From Promethearchaeia archaeon (GTDB lineage: Archaea > Asgardarchaeota > Lokiarchaeia > Sigyniarchaeales > SOKP01), in contig JAHQWK010000022.1 in NCBI GenBank assembly GCA_029856145.1, positions 32,001-96,000 of the forward strand: DNA of 64,000 bases, written 5' to 3'. The notes under the pieces are model-generated. The model did no database searches and was not told the origin of the DNA. It saw only the letters and a list, made by a program, of their open reading frames with translations. This document shows, piece after piece, positions 46,915-57,603 of this stretch. Every line of letters begins with the position of its first letter. The first letter of the stretch is position 1. The translations under genes were made by a program, and so were the position numbers.

Positions 46915-48225
46915 TTATAATTCAATTTGTTCAGATCTAAAGCCAACTTTTTCTTTTTCTTCTATTATTTCAGCTTTAGATTCTTTACGGATAATATTTT
47001 TAATATCAGTAAAATACCATGTTATTACAATACTTACAAATTGTAAGTATATTACAATTATGAATAGTAACTGAATTCCAAAAAGTTCTGCTAGTGGTCC
47101 AGAGATTAACATTCCAAGCGGAGTGACAGCAGCAGCAATACTAATGACAATTGAAAATACTCTACCCTGGGTCTCTGGAGGTATTTTAGTTTGAAGTATT
47201 GTTAGAAACATAGTGTTTGCGATAGGAATCATAGAAGCATGAAATAATGCACCAATCCCCATTAAAATAAAATTTCCAGTCGGAGCTAAGGTCAAAAGCG
47301 AGTAACCGGCAATTCCAATAAACACAGAATATAAAATTATTAATTCCTTGTGTTTCCAATGTTTTTTAGCTAAAGCTATGATCGCCCCTATAACGATGCC
47401 AATTTGTAATAATGCACTTATCAGAGCAAAATCTAGTTCTCCTCCAGAGTGATTGATAAAGACAAATAATGACATCTGAGTAGTGAAAGGCATGTTTAAG
47501 AGATTAATAACAGAAATAAATATAATTAAAATAAGAAAGCTTTTTACTGACTTCAAAATTTTTAAACCAGATTTAAAATCCTTAATAAATGAAATCTTTT
47601 CTTTTCGATTCGAATTTGATGTGATAGAGGGAATACTAATTAACAATAATGGAATAATTGCAATCCCAAAAGTGATAATATCAATCCAAAGTATATGTTC
47701 AATTTCAATTATAGGATTAATTTCAACAATAGCTAATAAAATTCCTCCTACAATAGGACCGATTACTTGAATAACCCCTGTGAATAAATAATTAATTGCA
47801 TTCATTCTACTTAGATGTTTCTTTGGTACCATTAACGGGATTATAGCATTTACCGTAGGAAAATGAATTGCTTGACAGATTCCTCGAAGAACATTCAGAA
47901 AGATTATAAGCCAATAATTAGCGAATCCAGTTAAAAAAAATAATATCATCGTAAAAGTTATGAGAGCTTGAAGTGAATCTGTTAATGCTATGGTAAGTTT
48001 TTTGTTCCATCTATCTATAAACACCCCTATAAGGAGGGGGATAATTACCATTGGAAGCGCACCCAAGAAATATGCAATAGAAACGTAAATTGGGCTTAAA
48101 GTTTCTATAGCTATCCACACAATAATAACAAACCGAACAATAGAGGACCCTAGTATCGAAACTAACTGCCCAGAAAATAAAAAAAGGTAACTCTTAAATG
48201 TATGTCCAGTTGGGCTTGACTCCAT
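46915..48225 (-). CDS. MFS transporter (DHA3/Mef-like)
   Basis: GQLVSILGS, GVFIDRWNKK, P..HLSR.N, P.TQGRVFS; 12 TM. Confidence 0.88.
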   Translation of the reverse strand: MESSPTGHTFKSYLFLFSGQLVSILGSSIVRFVIIVWIAIETLSPIYVSIAYFLGALPMVIIPLLIGVFIDRWNKKLTIALTDSLQALITFTMILFFLTGFANYWLIIFLNVLRGICQAIHFPTVNAIIPLMVPKKHLSRMNAINYLFTGVIQVIGPIVGGILLAIVEINPIIEIEHILWIDIITFGIAIIPLLLISIPSITSNSNRKEKISFIKDFKSGLKILKSVKSFLILIIFISVINLLNMPFTTQMSLFVFINHSGGELDFALISALLQIGIVIGAIIALAKKHWKHKELIILYSVFIGIAGYSLLTLAPTGNFILMGIGALFHASMIPIANTMFLTILQTKIPPETQGRVFSIVISIAAAVTPLGMLISGPLAELFGIQLLFIIVIYLQFVSIVITWYFTDIKNIIRKESKAEIIEEKEKVGFRSEQIEL

Positions 48226-48328
48226 AAAAATTGTAATTAAATATCATATCAAAACTTTATGAAATTATTTTGATTCTTTTGTAAATTTCTTAGATTTTGA
48301 TAATAATTAAAAAAGTAAAAAAAATGAT

Positions 48329-50095
48329 TTATTTTTTATATAGTGGGTCAGCTTCTTGCAAAACACGTCTCTGAACCTTTCCTAAGATACTCTTTGGGAC
48401 TTCGTCGATTATATCGATTATCGCAGGACATTTCCATTTTGTCATATTCTTTTCGGTCCAAGCTATTAATTCTTCTCCAGTAATTTTACCCTCGTATCCA
48501 GGTTTTAACGAGACCCATGCTTTTGTGATTTCACCAACTTTACCTTTAGGATCGGGTAAACCAGCAACCGCAGCTTCTGAGACTGCTTCATGGCTCATAA
48601 GCATGGTTTCTACTTCTGCTGGGAAGACCGAATGTCCTGCAACTTTAATTAATTGTTTCTTTCTGTCTCTTATAGCTATTGTTCCATCTTCACTCATAAA
48701 CCCAATATCACCAGTTAGAAGCCATGTTCGTCCATCCCATTTTTTTAACGTATCTGCTGTTTCTTCTGGCTGGTTCAAATATCCTTTCATAACTTGAGGT
48801 CCGCAAACACAAATTTCTCCAGTATTTTCCTCTCCAAATTTTGACCCTGATAAGCCAACTGCTATTGGTCCTTTCTCAAAATCGTCCGTATCAAAGATTC
48901 CCCAATCAGTACCAGGAAGTGGCATCCCAATGGTTCCAACTGGACTTTCACCGAACAGACTCCCCGCACTTACAACAGGACTTGCTTCTGAAAGCCCATA
49001 TCCTTCTACAATTTTTCCACGAGTATTTTCTTGGAATGATTTCTGTACAGGAGCATGCAAAGGCCCAGCACCTGAAATACAGAGTTTTAACCTACCCATT
49101 AAATTCGGAAACTTTTCTAAATTTGGAAAATCCGCTATCCTCTTGAATAATATTTCAGCACCCGCATAAAAGAGACCTTTTGGAGCATCAATATGTGTAA
49201 TTTCTTTTAAAAAGTCACCTGTTGGTGGTGGTCTTGGAAAAAGCATCATCCAACCTCCCAAACCTATAGCTGTATTCATAACTGCTGTCATTGCAAATGA
49301 ATGGTACAATGGAAGCGCCCCGATATCGCCTATTCCAGGGTCTTCACCACCTACCCATAAAACACATTGAATTGCATTAGAAACTAAGTTGAAATGTGTT
49401 AAAACTGTTGCTTTAGGAATCCCCGTAGTTCCACCAGTCATTATAAATGTAGCTATTTGTTCAGTTGGATCAATTTCAACTTTTGGAAGATCGGGTTCAG
49501 CATTTAGAAGATCTAAAAATTTAATAGCACTTGGAAAATCAACTTTTCCTTTTGGTATCTTACCAATCATTTTTCCTAACCCTTTCTTCAATCCTGATAA
49601 ACCCGAAGCTAAATCAGCGATGTTTGTATAAATTACCATCTCAATATTAGTCTTTTTAATGATTGGACGTGCTAATTCTCCGTATAATGCATCCAAGGTA
49701 ATTAGTACCTTTGAATTAGTCATTTTAAGTTGATGCAATACTTCTAAAGGTTTGTAAGTGGGATTTATACCTGTCGCAATTGCTCCTAATTTTGCTGTTG
49801 CATAAAAAGAAATTACATACTGAAAACAATTTGGCATTAAAAATGCTACAACATCTCCTTTTTTCACACCTAATTTATGGAGTGAAGTTGCTAAAGAATC
49901 TATAGCTTGCCCTGCTTCCTCGTAAGTCATCCATGATTCAATAAACCACATCATCTTTTCATTTGCATGCTTTTGTCTTTGCCTTTCAAAAAATTCTCCT
50001 AATGAAATATTTTCAAACTTGTGATTCTTAGGTGTTTTTTCAGGCCACCATTTCTTAAACCATGCTTTTTTTGAGTCAACTTGCCATTCTGACAT
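48329..50095 (-). CDS. Long-chain acyl-CoA synthetase (AMP-binding)
   Basis: TGGTTGIPK, EGYGLSE, GPQVMKGY, TGDIG, DRKKQLI, PKS.LGKV.RR. Confidence 0.93.
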   Translation of the reverse strand: MSEWQVDSKKAWFKKWWPEKTPKNHKFENISLGEFFERQRQKHANEKMMWFIESWMTYEEAGQAIDSLATSLHKLGVKKGDVVAFLMPNCFQYVISFYATAKLGAIATGINPTYKPLEVLHQLKMTNSKVLITLDALYGELARPIIKKTNIEMVIYTNIADLASGLSGLKKGLGKMIGKIPKGKVDFPSAIKFLDLLNAEPDLPKVEIDPTEQIATFIMTGGTTGIPKATVLTHFNLVSNAIQCVLWVGGEDPGIGDIGALPLYHSFAMTAVMNTAIGLGGWMMLFPRPPPTGDFLKEITHIDAPKGLFYAGAEILFKRIADFPNLEKFPNLMGRLKLCISGAGPLHAPVQKSFQENTRGKIVEGYGLSEASPVVSAGSLFGESPVGTIGMPLPGTDWGIFDTDDFEKGPIAVGLSGSKFGEENTGEICVCGPQVMKGYLNQPEETADTLKKWDGRTWLLTGDIGFMSEDGTIAIRDRKKQLIKVAGHSVFPAEVETMLMSHEAVSEAAVAGLPDPKGKVGEITKAWVSLKPGYEGKITGEELIAWTEKNMTKWKCPAIIDIIDEVPKSILGKVQRRVLQEADPLYKK

Positions 50096-50231
50096 CTTTT
50101 TTCACATTTAAATTGTTCTTATTGGATAATATATAAAATTTTTATATTAGAACACTAGGTAAAATTAGCTTAAATTTATAAAGTTTATAAAAAATAACAA
50201 CGATCAAGACACCTAGAATCAATTCTTATAA

Positions 50232-51017
50232 TTATGAAGCTTTCTTCAAATCAAGTATTTTATATAACTCTTTTAATCTTGAAATTGTCTTAAAAGGTTT
50301 TATCTTCAAATATTGGTTAATATTCTCTCTTGCTTTTACTTTTACTACGCTTTTTGAATAATAATCATTACCAATCAATCTTTTCTTAAAGCTCTGACGT
50401 TGAATTAAAATTGGTTTAATACCCGTATTTAGAGCACCCTCAATATCTTCTTTACTATCACCAATATATACAACTTCTTGGGGTTTTAATTCAAACTTTT
50501 CAAGAGTAATATGAAAAATCTGTGGATCTGGTTTTTTAACACCAATTTCTCCTGAAATAGCAATAAATTTGAAGTATTTTTTGAGTTTGTACTTAGACAA
50601 AATTGAGTAGAGATAAGGGGGATGATCAAAATTAGAAATTAACGCAAGAGCTTTATTAATTCTTAAAATTCTTAATAATGGAAGTGCTTCTGGATCAATC
50701 TTTACATACTTATGCCAAGAATTAACACAATCATTAGCTATTTTTTTTATCTCATGTGTTTCAAGCTCTAAACTTAAATCCAAAGCAAAACGCCTAATCC
50801 TATTCTCATAAATAGTTAAATTTTTATCCTTCTCTATGGGTTCTTCTCTTGTAAAAAAACCATTACATACATTTGCAAAATCTCTTTTTGATAGATTTAG
50901 GCCATTGTTTTTCATGAGTCTATAAAATGTTGACAGCCAATTGTTCCATGCTTTTTTGTTATTTTTAGGTATTAATATTGTACCATAAAGATCAAAAAAA
51001 ACCCCTTTTATCAGCAT
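50232..51017 (-). CDS. HAD-family hydrolase
   Basis: FFDLYGT, ISN, KKPDP.IF, IGDS..DI.GA. Confidence 0.9.
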   Translation of the reverse strand: MLIKGVFFDLYGTILIPKNNKKAWNNWLSTFYRLMKNNGLNLSKRDFANVCNGFFTREEPIEKDKNLTIYENRIRRFALDLSLELETHEIKKIANDCVNSWHKYVKIDPEALPLLRILRINKALALISNFDHPPYLYSILSKYKLKKYFKFIAISGEIGVKKPDPQIFHITLEKFELKPQEVVYIGDSKEDIEGALNTGIKPILIQRQSFKKRLIGNDYYSKSVVKVKARENINQYLKIKPFKTISRLKELYKILDLKKAS

Positions 51018-51158
51018 AATCGTTAACTATGGTAATTCTTTTTAATTCATTAAAGAAGTCTGGTTTTTTAAAGTATCTAAAAATTATAATAATAAAAAAT
51101 AAATGATACAAATAATACGAAATATTTAGAGTTTGAATAAATAAAAATTAGAAAAATT

Positions 51159-51521
51159 ATGACTTGTATTCACGGATTAGATGAAATTAATTGCCCCACT
51201 TGCCGAATTTTAAAATCTGCAATACCATTAAGGGGGATCAAATTAAGTAAGTTAGCCTTTCCGAAAATTAATGATTCTCTTTCTAGAAAAAATATGAATC
51301 TTGAAAAAAAATTAATAGATGACATAACTTTTAAAAAAGGAATTCCGCATCCTCCTAATCTTATTTCCAAACCAAGTTTTATTAATGAAATTCCTAATTT
51401 TAGAAATGAATTATTCTTAGAAAGATCTAAAGATCTCGATATAACTAAAGAAGATAATTACGGAATCACTAAAAAAATTCCTCTCGAAAGCCCAGAATGG
51501 AAATTTGAGGAAGAAGACTAA
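51159..51521 (+). CDS. Hypothetical protein with N-terminal CxH-x6-CxxC motif
   Basis: MTCIHGLDEINCPTCR followed by a low-structure tail. Confidence 0.6.
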   Translation: MTCIHGLDEINCPTCRILKSAIPLRGIKLSKLAFPKINDSLSRKNMNLEKKLIDDITFKKGIPHPPNLISKPSFINEIPNFRNELFLERSKDLDITKEDNYGITKKIPLESPEWKFEEED

Positions 51522-51637
51522 GTTCCTCTTATAAATTTTATATTAGTCTTTAAATCGTTTCTTACTTATTACATTAGTATTTTAAGGGATTATATCATTA
51601 TAATAAATTAGAACTTCATCTTTGAAATAATTAAGAA

Positions 51638-52297
51638 GTGAAACTAATGGCACAAATGGAAATTACTTGGCTTGGACATGCTGCCTTTAAATTAAAAACT
51701 CATAGTGGAAGAATTATTTACCTTGATCCTTACCAAATCAAGAAAGGAGAAGAGAAAGCAGATATAATAGTTTCAACACATTCTCATGGGGATCATTTTG
51801 ATTCAAGTAGTATACAAGAACTTATGAAGGATGATACTGCTCTTATAGGCCCTGAGAGTATTGCTAGCAGTTTGCAAAAATTTGATGGAACACCACTGAA
51901 ATTAGGAGACTTGTTTGACTATAAAGACCTTTCAATCGAGCTAGTTCCAGCTTATAATATTAAAAAACCAAACCATCCCAAAAGAAATGAATGGGCAGGA
52001 ATTATAGTAACCTCAGAAGATAAAAGCGTCTATCATGCAGGAGATACCGAACGAATCCCTGAGATGAAAGATTTAGCAAGTCGAAACATAACTGTTGCTC
52101 TAATGCCATGTGGTGGAACATACACAATGGATTTTGACGAAGCTACTGACTCAATTATTGATGTAAAACCCGAAATTGCAATTCCAATGCATAATTGGGG
52201 CAAAGATTTAACTAAGTTTAAAGAACTTCTAGAGAAAAAAGACCCTAGTATTAATGTAGAAATACTAGAAGAAGGTGGCGAACCCCTAAAAATCTAA
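51638..52297 (+). CDS. Metallo-beta-lactamase-fold hydrolase (UPF0173-like)
   Basis: ITWLGHA, YLDP, THSHGDH, YHAGDT, P.GG.YTM, IPMH. Confidence 0.9.
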   Translation: MKLMAQMEITWLGHAAFKLKTHSGRIIYLDPYQIKKGEEKADIIVSTHSHGDHFDSSSIQELMKDDTALIGPESIASSLQKFDGTPLKLGDLFDYKDLSIELVPAYNIKKPNHPKRNEWAGIIVTSEDKSVYHAGDTERIPEMKDLASRNITVALMPCGGTYTMDFDEATDSIIDVKPEIAIPMHNWGKDLTKFKELLEKKDPSINVEILEEGGEPLKI

Positions 52298-52420
52298 ATT
52301 TTATTTCTTTATAATCACTCTTTTATTTTACTTATTTTTTCAATTCTCGCTTTAAGAATTATTTAATAATTCTGATAAATTAATTATAGTTTTATTAACA
52401 AATACAACCTAGTACAATAT

Positions 52421-53686
52421 ATGTCGAAAGTTGACGCTTTTATAAAAAAAAAAGATGAAGAATACGAGGAAAAAACTCTCAGATCAAAAAAATATCAATG
52501 GTATATTGTAATATTCATGGGTTTGGTGGGTTTTCTTGATAACAATCTGAACTTAATGGAAGCACAAATTACTTTTGATATATATACCTATTATAGTATA
52601 TCTCCTATAGATTTTGCTTTTTGGCAAGGGATTTTTGGGATTTTTACATTTTCAGTCTTTATTTTGGCTTGGTTTACAGATGCTTTTGGGAGGAAAAAAG
52701 GAATTTTTATCTTATTGCTTTTAATGGGTATTCCAGCATTCTTGATGCCCTTCTTGGCAGTTAATATTTGGATTTTTTATATCCTATATGCTATACTTAT
52801 TACTGGTACTATCAGTAATATGTGGGAGATTCCAGTTAGCGAAGAATCTCCTGCCAAGAAAAGAGCTACATATGGAGGGATTGCAACCTTAATAAGTCTT
52901 ATACCAATTTATGCCCTTTTCGGAGATGATATTGCAGCTGCTTGGGGTTGGCAATGGAGCTATGGAATTTTCTTTTTTGTCATGTTAGGATTATTAGTTC
53001 TATTATATTTTATGAAAGAACCTCAACGATGGGTTGATGCAAAAGAAGAACGAGGACATGAATATCTCAAATTTAGAAAAGCACTAAAATCATTCACTAA
53101 AAAAGATTGGACATATGCTTTAATGGCATTCGTAGTTTATGGTATCTGGGCAATTGGTTTAAAAGTAGGAAATGCTTGGGGAGAGCATTATTATACAATT
53201 GTAAGAACTGTATATTCTCCTCAATTATCTTGGAATACTATTATATTAGTTGCAGGACTGATGATCTTACTTGGTGCAATTATCTCGGGAATAATAATGG
53301 ATAGAGTCTCGAGAAAAGTTACTTTTATTGTTAGTTGTTCTGGTTCAGTTTTAGGATTTGTTTTATTGGGAATTACAGGATCTCCTATTGCTATGTGGAT
53401 TGCTTATCTATCTATGGCTATTGTATTTACCTGGATTATGGTTTATTTTACCGAAATATTTCGAACAGAAATTAGAACTACAGGGATGGGTATAGCTGCA
53501 TTAGGTTCAAGATTATCATATGTTTTTGGACCTTTATTAGCTTCAGCAATGTTAGCAGCATTTCCAGATATGGTAATGTTTTGGGTTATACCAGGATTAC
53601 TGATGATAGTACCGCTATTCATATTATTTCTGAAACCTTATGAACCAAAGGGTAAAACTTTAGAAACAATTCAAGAAGAAAGATAA
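52421..53686 (+). CDS. MFS transporter
   Basis: D.FGRK, EESPAKKRA, MDR.SRK, EIF.TE.R.TG.G, E.KGKTLE.I. Confidence 0.9.
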   Translation: MSKVDAFIKKKDEEYEEKTLRSKKYQWYIVIFMGLVGFLDNNLNLMEAQITFDIYTYYSISPIDFAFWQGIFGIFTFSVFILAWFTDAFGRKKGIFILLLLMGIPAFLMPFLAVNIWIFYILYAILITGTISNMWEIPVSEESPAKKRATYGGIATLISLIPIYALFGDDIAAAWGWQWSYGIFFFVMLGLLVLLYFMKEPQRWVDAKEERGHEYLKFRKALKSFTKKDWTYALMAFVVYGIWAIGLKVGNAWGEHYYTIVRTVYSPQLSWNTIILVAGLMILLGAIISGIIMDRVSRKVTFIVSCSGSVLGFVLLGITGSPIAMWIAYLSMAIVFTWIMVYFTEIFRTEIRTTGMGIAALGSRLSYVFGPLLASAMLAAFPDMVMFWVIPGLLMIVPLFILFLKPYEPKGKTLETIQEER

Positions 53687-53889
53687 TAGTAAAACGTTGA
53701 AAATATTAAATATTTAAATTATTTTTATTTTTTATTTTTATTTCTTAATTGTTATTATTTAATTCAAGCTAAAATGTTCTATCAATTTTTTATAGGGATA
53801 ATATTTTAAACTATGAATTTTAAAAGTATTATATAAAAATCGAAAATATCAATAATTTTAGCTAAATATAGTGCAATATGTGAAGAAAA

Positions 53890-55614
53890 ATGGAAGTCGA
53901 TGAAGATTTAAAATCAAATACACGTGTAGCATATATTTCCATGGAGATAGCTGTTGATTCAAACATCCCTACATATAGTGGAGGTTTAGGTGTATTATCC
54001 GGAGACACAGTAAGATCAGCAGCAGATTTGGAAATACCTATGGTTGGAATTTGTTTATGTTATAGTTCTGGATATTTTTATCAATTTTATAATGAATTTG
54101 GAGAACAAAAAGAAAAAGAAATTGCATGGAATTTTTATTATGAGTTTGAGAAAGTAGAAAAACCGATTACTTTGAAAATTGAAAACAAAGATGTTCACGT
54201 AAGTGCTTGGTTATATCGAGTAATAGGACAATCGGGTCATGTACTTCCAATTTACCTTCTAACTACTGATGTGGAAGGAAATGAAGATTGGATGAAAAAA
54301 ATGACAGGTTCTTTATATGATAGTACAAGTCGCTGGAACAGAATAGTTCAAGAGATGATTTTAGGAATTGGAGGTGTTAAACTTCTGAAATCATTGGGGT
54401 ATAATAATATTGAAACCTACCACCTTAATGAGGGTCATGGTTCTTTTGCTACTCTTGAGTTATTTAATGAATTAGGGAGTATTGAAAAAGTAAAAGAAAA
54501 AGTTGCATTTACGACACATACACCTGTACCCGCGGGGCATGATCGCTTCAAACAAGATTTAGTTGATAAAGTTTTTAAAAGTAATATGCCAAAAGAAATT
54601 TGAAAACTTGCAGATGATAATGGAGAATTTAATATGACTTTTTTAGGCATGGCTCTATCAAGATATTGAAATGCTGTAGCACGAAAACATGGAGAAATCT
54701 CAAGAAAAATGTTCCCTCAATATGAAATTGACTATATTACTAATGGTATCCACTTGCCTTTCTGGGTTTCCAAACCTTTCCGGAAGATGTTTGGTCGAAA
54801 ATGGCCAAATTGGAGGGCAAATCCTTCTGTTCTTGAGAATGCAATAGAATTAGATCCACTTGATATCTTTGATGCTCATATTGAAAACAAATTTAACTTA
54901 ATATCATATCAGAAAGGCCATTCATGGAATTTATTAGATGAAGAATTAATTACGATTGGTTTTGCTAGGCGATTCGCAACCTATAAAAGAGCTATACTAA
55001 TCTTTCACGATATTGATAGACTGGGCAAAATAGCGAAAGATCACATTCAATTCATATTTGCAGGGAAGGCACATCCTAAGGATCAGATGGGAAAGGATTA
55101 TATAAAGAAGATTCATCAATCCGGAGAATACTTATATGATAATTATGGAGTAAAAGTTGTAATGATGGAGAATTATAATATGGATCTCTCTCACAAATTA
55201 GTGTCTGGAGTAGATATTTGGCTTAACACACCTAATAGATATCGTGAAGCAAGTGGCACAAGTGGAATGAAGGCTGCCCTTAATGGAGGACTGAATTTAT
55301 CGGTCCAAGATGGATGGTGGTTAGAGGGTTATAAAAAGAATCACCTCGCAGGATGGTCAATTGGTCCAGATGATTCCAATCCTGAGGATCCAGGGGTTTC
55401 AAATGATTGGGATATTGATTCAAACGCTTTATATGATATTCTAGAAAATCAAGTTATCCCTACTTACCTAAACCACGATGAGTGGCTCTACAAGATGCAA
55501 TGCGCTATCTCGCTAGCGGCATATTTCAATACTCACAGAATGATTCTCGATTACGCAGAGAAGGCTTATCGGTTAAAAAAACAGAACCCCTGGAAGTTTG
55601 AGCCAATTTCTTAA
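53890..55614 (+). pseudogene. glgP: Alpha-glucan (glycogen) phosphorylase: one 574-codon frame with two in-frame TGA (pseudogene, error or recoded)
   Basis: YSGGLGVL, HLNEGH, FTTHTPVPAGHD, ARRFATYKR, FAGKAHP, EASGTSGMKAA all in one frame; TGA at 54601-54603 and 54667-54669. Confidence 0.88.
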
Positions 55615-55697
55615 GTTCTTTCATAGCCCTGAAAATATGTGAGATAAAAAATTAATATTTTTACTTTTTTAAATTTTCTTCTTTATAATTATTATAC

Positions 55698-56222
55698 TTA
55701 AGAATTTCCACAATTGAGTAATTTAAAGGGACAGATTTTAATATAATCATCAAATCTCTGTTGATTCAGAAAATCCTCTAAGATTTGTTTTAAAATAGAC
55801 TCCATTGTATTAACCCCTGAAATTAAACCATCCATATCTTTTGATAACAGTAGCATAAAATCTGAACTTGTTTGAAGATAAAAACAACCAGAATTTAGTT
55901 CAAGATCAGAATGTTCTTTAAGAAGCTCGTTAGAGTTTTTAATTGTTTCTGAAGTAGTTAATAGAACCAGTAAAAAATTATCCGAATATTCTTGCTTTAA
56001 ATAAGAGTCTCTTATACCCGCAGCATGTAAAGCAATTTTAGTGTAAGATTTAATTAAATACTGGAGGCGAGTTAGCTCCTTTCTAAATTTGCTTTTATTA
56101 TGAAAAAACATGAATTCATTACTTAATTTTAACGGCTCTTCATCAAGATATGTTATCTTGAGGGGTGGTTTTTCAAATTTAAATTCTTTGAGGAAAGTCG
56201 ACATTTTAATTAATAGACTCAA
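55698..56222 (-). CDS. Hypothetical protein resembling the non-catalytic GH20 N-terminal domain
   Basis: FYLQTSSDFMLLLSKDMDGLISGVNTMESIL resembles Y.L......I.....D..G..YG..TL.QL. Confidence 0.45.
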   Translation of the reverse strand: MSLLIKMSTFLKEFKFEKPPLKITYLDEEPLKLSNEFMFFHNKSKFRKELTRLQYLIKSYTKIALHAAGIRDSYLKQEYSDNFLLVLLTTSETIKNSNELLKEHSDLELNSGCFYLQTSSDFMLLLSKDMDGLISGVNTMESILKQILEDFLNQQRFDDYIKICPFKLLNCGNS

Positions 56223-56312
56223 TAGTATTATTTAAGTATAGTAAATTTCATTTAATAAAAAACTTCATTATTATAGCTTGTAAGGTAACAACGAGAAATA
56301 AGTATAAAAATT

Positions 56313-57302
56313 ATGAAATTAGGAACACTTAATTTAGAAAATAGGTATATATTAGCGCCTATGTTAAATGTCACAACCGCTCCTTATCGGAGATTTTGTA
56401 GAAAGCTTCAAAAAGTGGGCCTAGTTTATGTTCCAATGCTATATACTAAAAATATTGAAAAAAATCCTAAATCTTTAGAAAAAGAATTATTCAAAATTGA
56501 AGAGGAAAGCCCCATTGGTGTTCAACTAATCGGTTCTGATCCTAATGCACTGAAAAAAACTATAGATCATCTTGACAGTTATAAATTTGATATACTAGAT
56601 TTAAATGCAGGATGTCCATCAAAGAGGGCTATAAAAGCACAGGAAGGGGGATATTTACTGAAGGATTTAGAAAAGTTGAGTGTTTTAATTAATACCGCTG
56701 TGAAATACTCTTCTAGACCAATTTCACTAAAAATCAGAATAGGTTTTGAAAGACCAATTAATACTCAAAAATTAACACAAATAATAAACGATTCTGGAAT
56801 AGATTTATTAATAATTCATGCACGGACTGTTTTAAGTAAATTTAATCATGGAACATTAGATCTAGATACAGTAAAACGTATAAAAGAAAAATTAATGGTG
56901 CCAGTAGTTGGAAATGGTAATATTATCAATCCTATAAGTGCTAAACATTTTATAGACTATACTAATGTTGATGCATTTATGATTGGCAGGGAATCAATGG
57001 GAAATCCAGAAATTTTCAATCAAATTCATGAATATTTAGCAAATAATAGGATAGTCTCTTTTAAAAATAATAGAGAAACAATGGAAAAATATGTCAACTT
57101 TTATGAAAATACCATTGATGAGTTCCTTAACGGAATTTCCCATCCCGTAGGTAATGAACTAATAAAATTTTTTGAATTAAAAAGAAATGCGATATGGTTA
57201 TCAAAAAATATTAACAAATCCACACAAATAAGAAACCAACTAAGTAAAGTTAAAAACCTTATTCAACTTAAAGAGATTTTAAACATATTTTTTAACTCTT
57301 AA
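56313..57302 (+). CDS. dus: tRNA-dihydrouridine synthase
   Basis: LAPM, VQLIG, DLNAGCP, GG.LLKD, KIRIG, IHART, GNG.I, MIGR...GNP.IF. Confidence 0.92.
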   Translation: MKLGTLNLENRYILAPMLNVTTAPYRRFCRKLQKVGLVYVPMLYTKNIEKNPKSLEKELFKIEEESPIGVQLIGSDPNALKKTIDHLDSYKFDILDLNAGCPSKRAIKAQEGGYLLKDLEKLSVLINTAVKYSSRPISLKIRIGFERPINTQKLTQIINDSGIDLLIIHARTVLSKFNHGTLDLDTVKRIKEKLMVPVVGNGNIINPISAKHFIDYTNVDAFMIGRESMGNPEIFNQIHEYLANNRIVSFKNNRETMEKYVNFYENTIDEFLNGISHPVGNELIKFFELKRNAIWLSKNINKSTQIRNQLSKVKNLIQLKEILNIFFNS

Positions 57303-57331
57303 TCTTAAAAAATAAAATTAGTAAGTGTTTT

Positions 57332-57559
57332 TCAAAGTTTTTTTATAAAATATAGGGCTATCAATAAACATGCCAACACTCCACCTATAATAGAGGAAAC
57401 AATTAAAATTAGACTAATAATTTCAATAGCAGATAAAAATAGAGGACTTCCAGAATAATATACATTTGCTACTACTGAAATAATAATGAAGATTATTAGA
57501 CATAATATTGTTAATACCGTACTAAGCAAACCTACTTGAAGATATTTTTTCCGTTCCAT
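57332..57559 (-). CDS. Small 2-TM membrane protein
   Basis: Two hydrophobic helices; GAGGT SD upstream. Confidence 0.6.
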   Translation of the reverse strand: MERKKYLQVGLLSTVLTILCLIIFIIISVVANVYYSGSPLFLSAIEIISLILIVSSIIGGVLACLLIALYFIKKL

Positions 57560-57603
57560 AATATAAACCTCAAAAAGCGTGTATAAAAAATAATTTAAAA
57601 TGA

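Noticed and set aside
55440-55697. SECIS element for the glgP TGA codons
   Set aside because: ATGA cores near 55478 and 55540 lack a properly placed 3' GA quartet partner, and the 83-nt downstream spacer forms only a weak stem; not supportable by eye.
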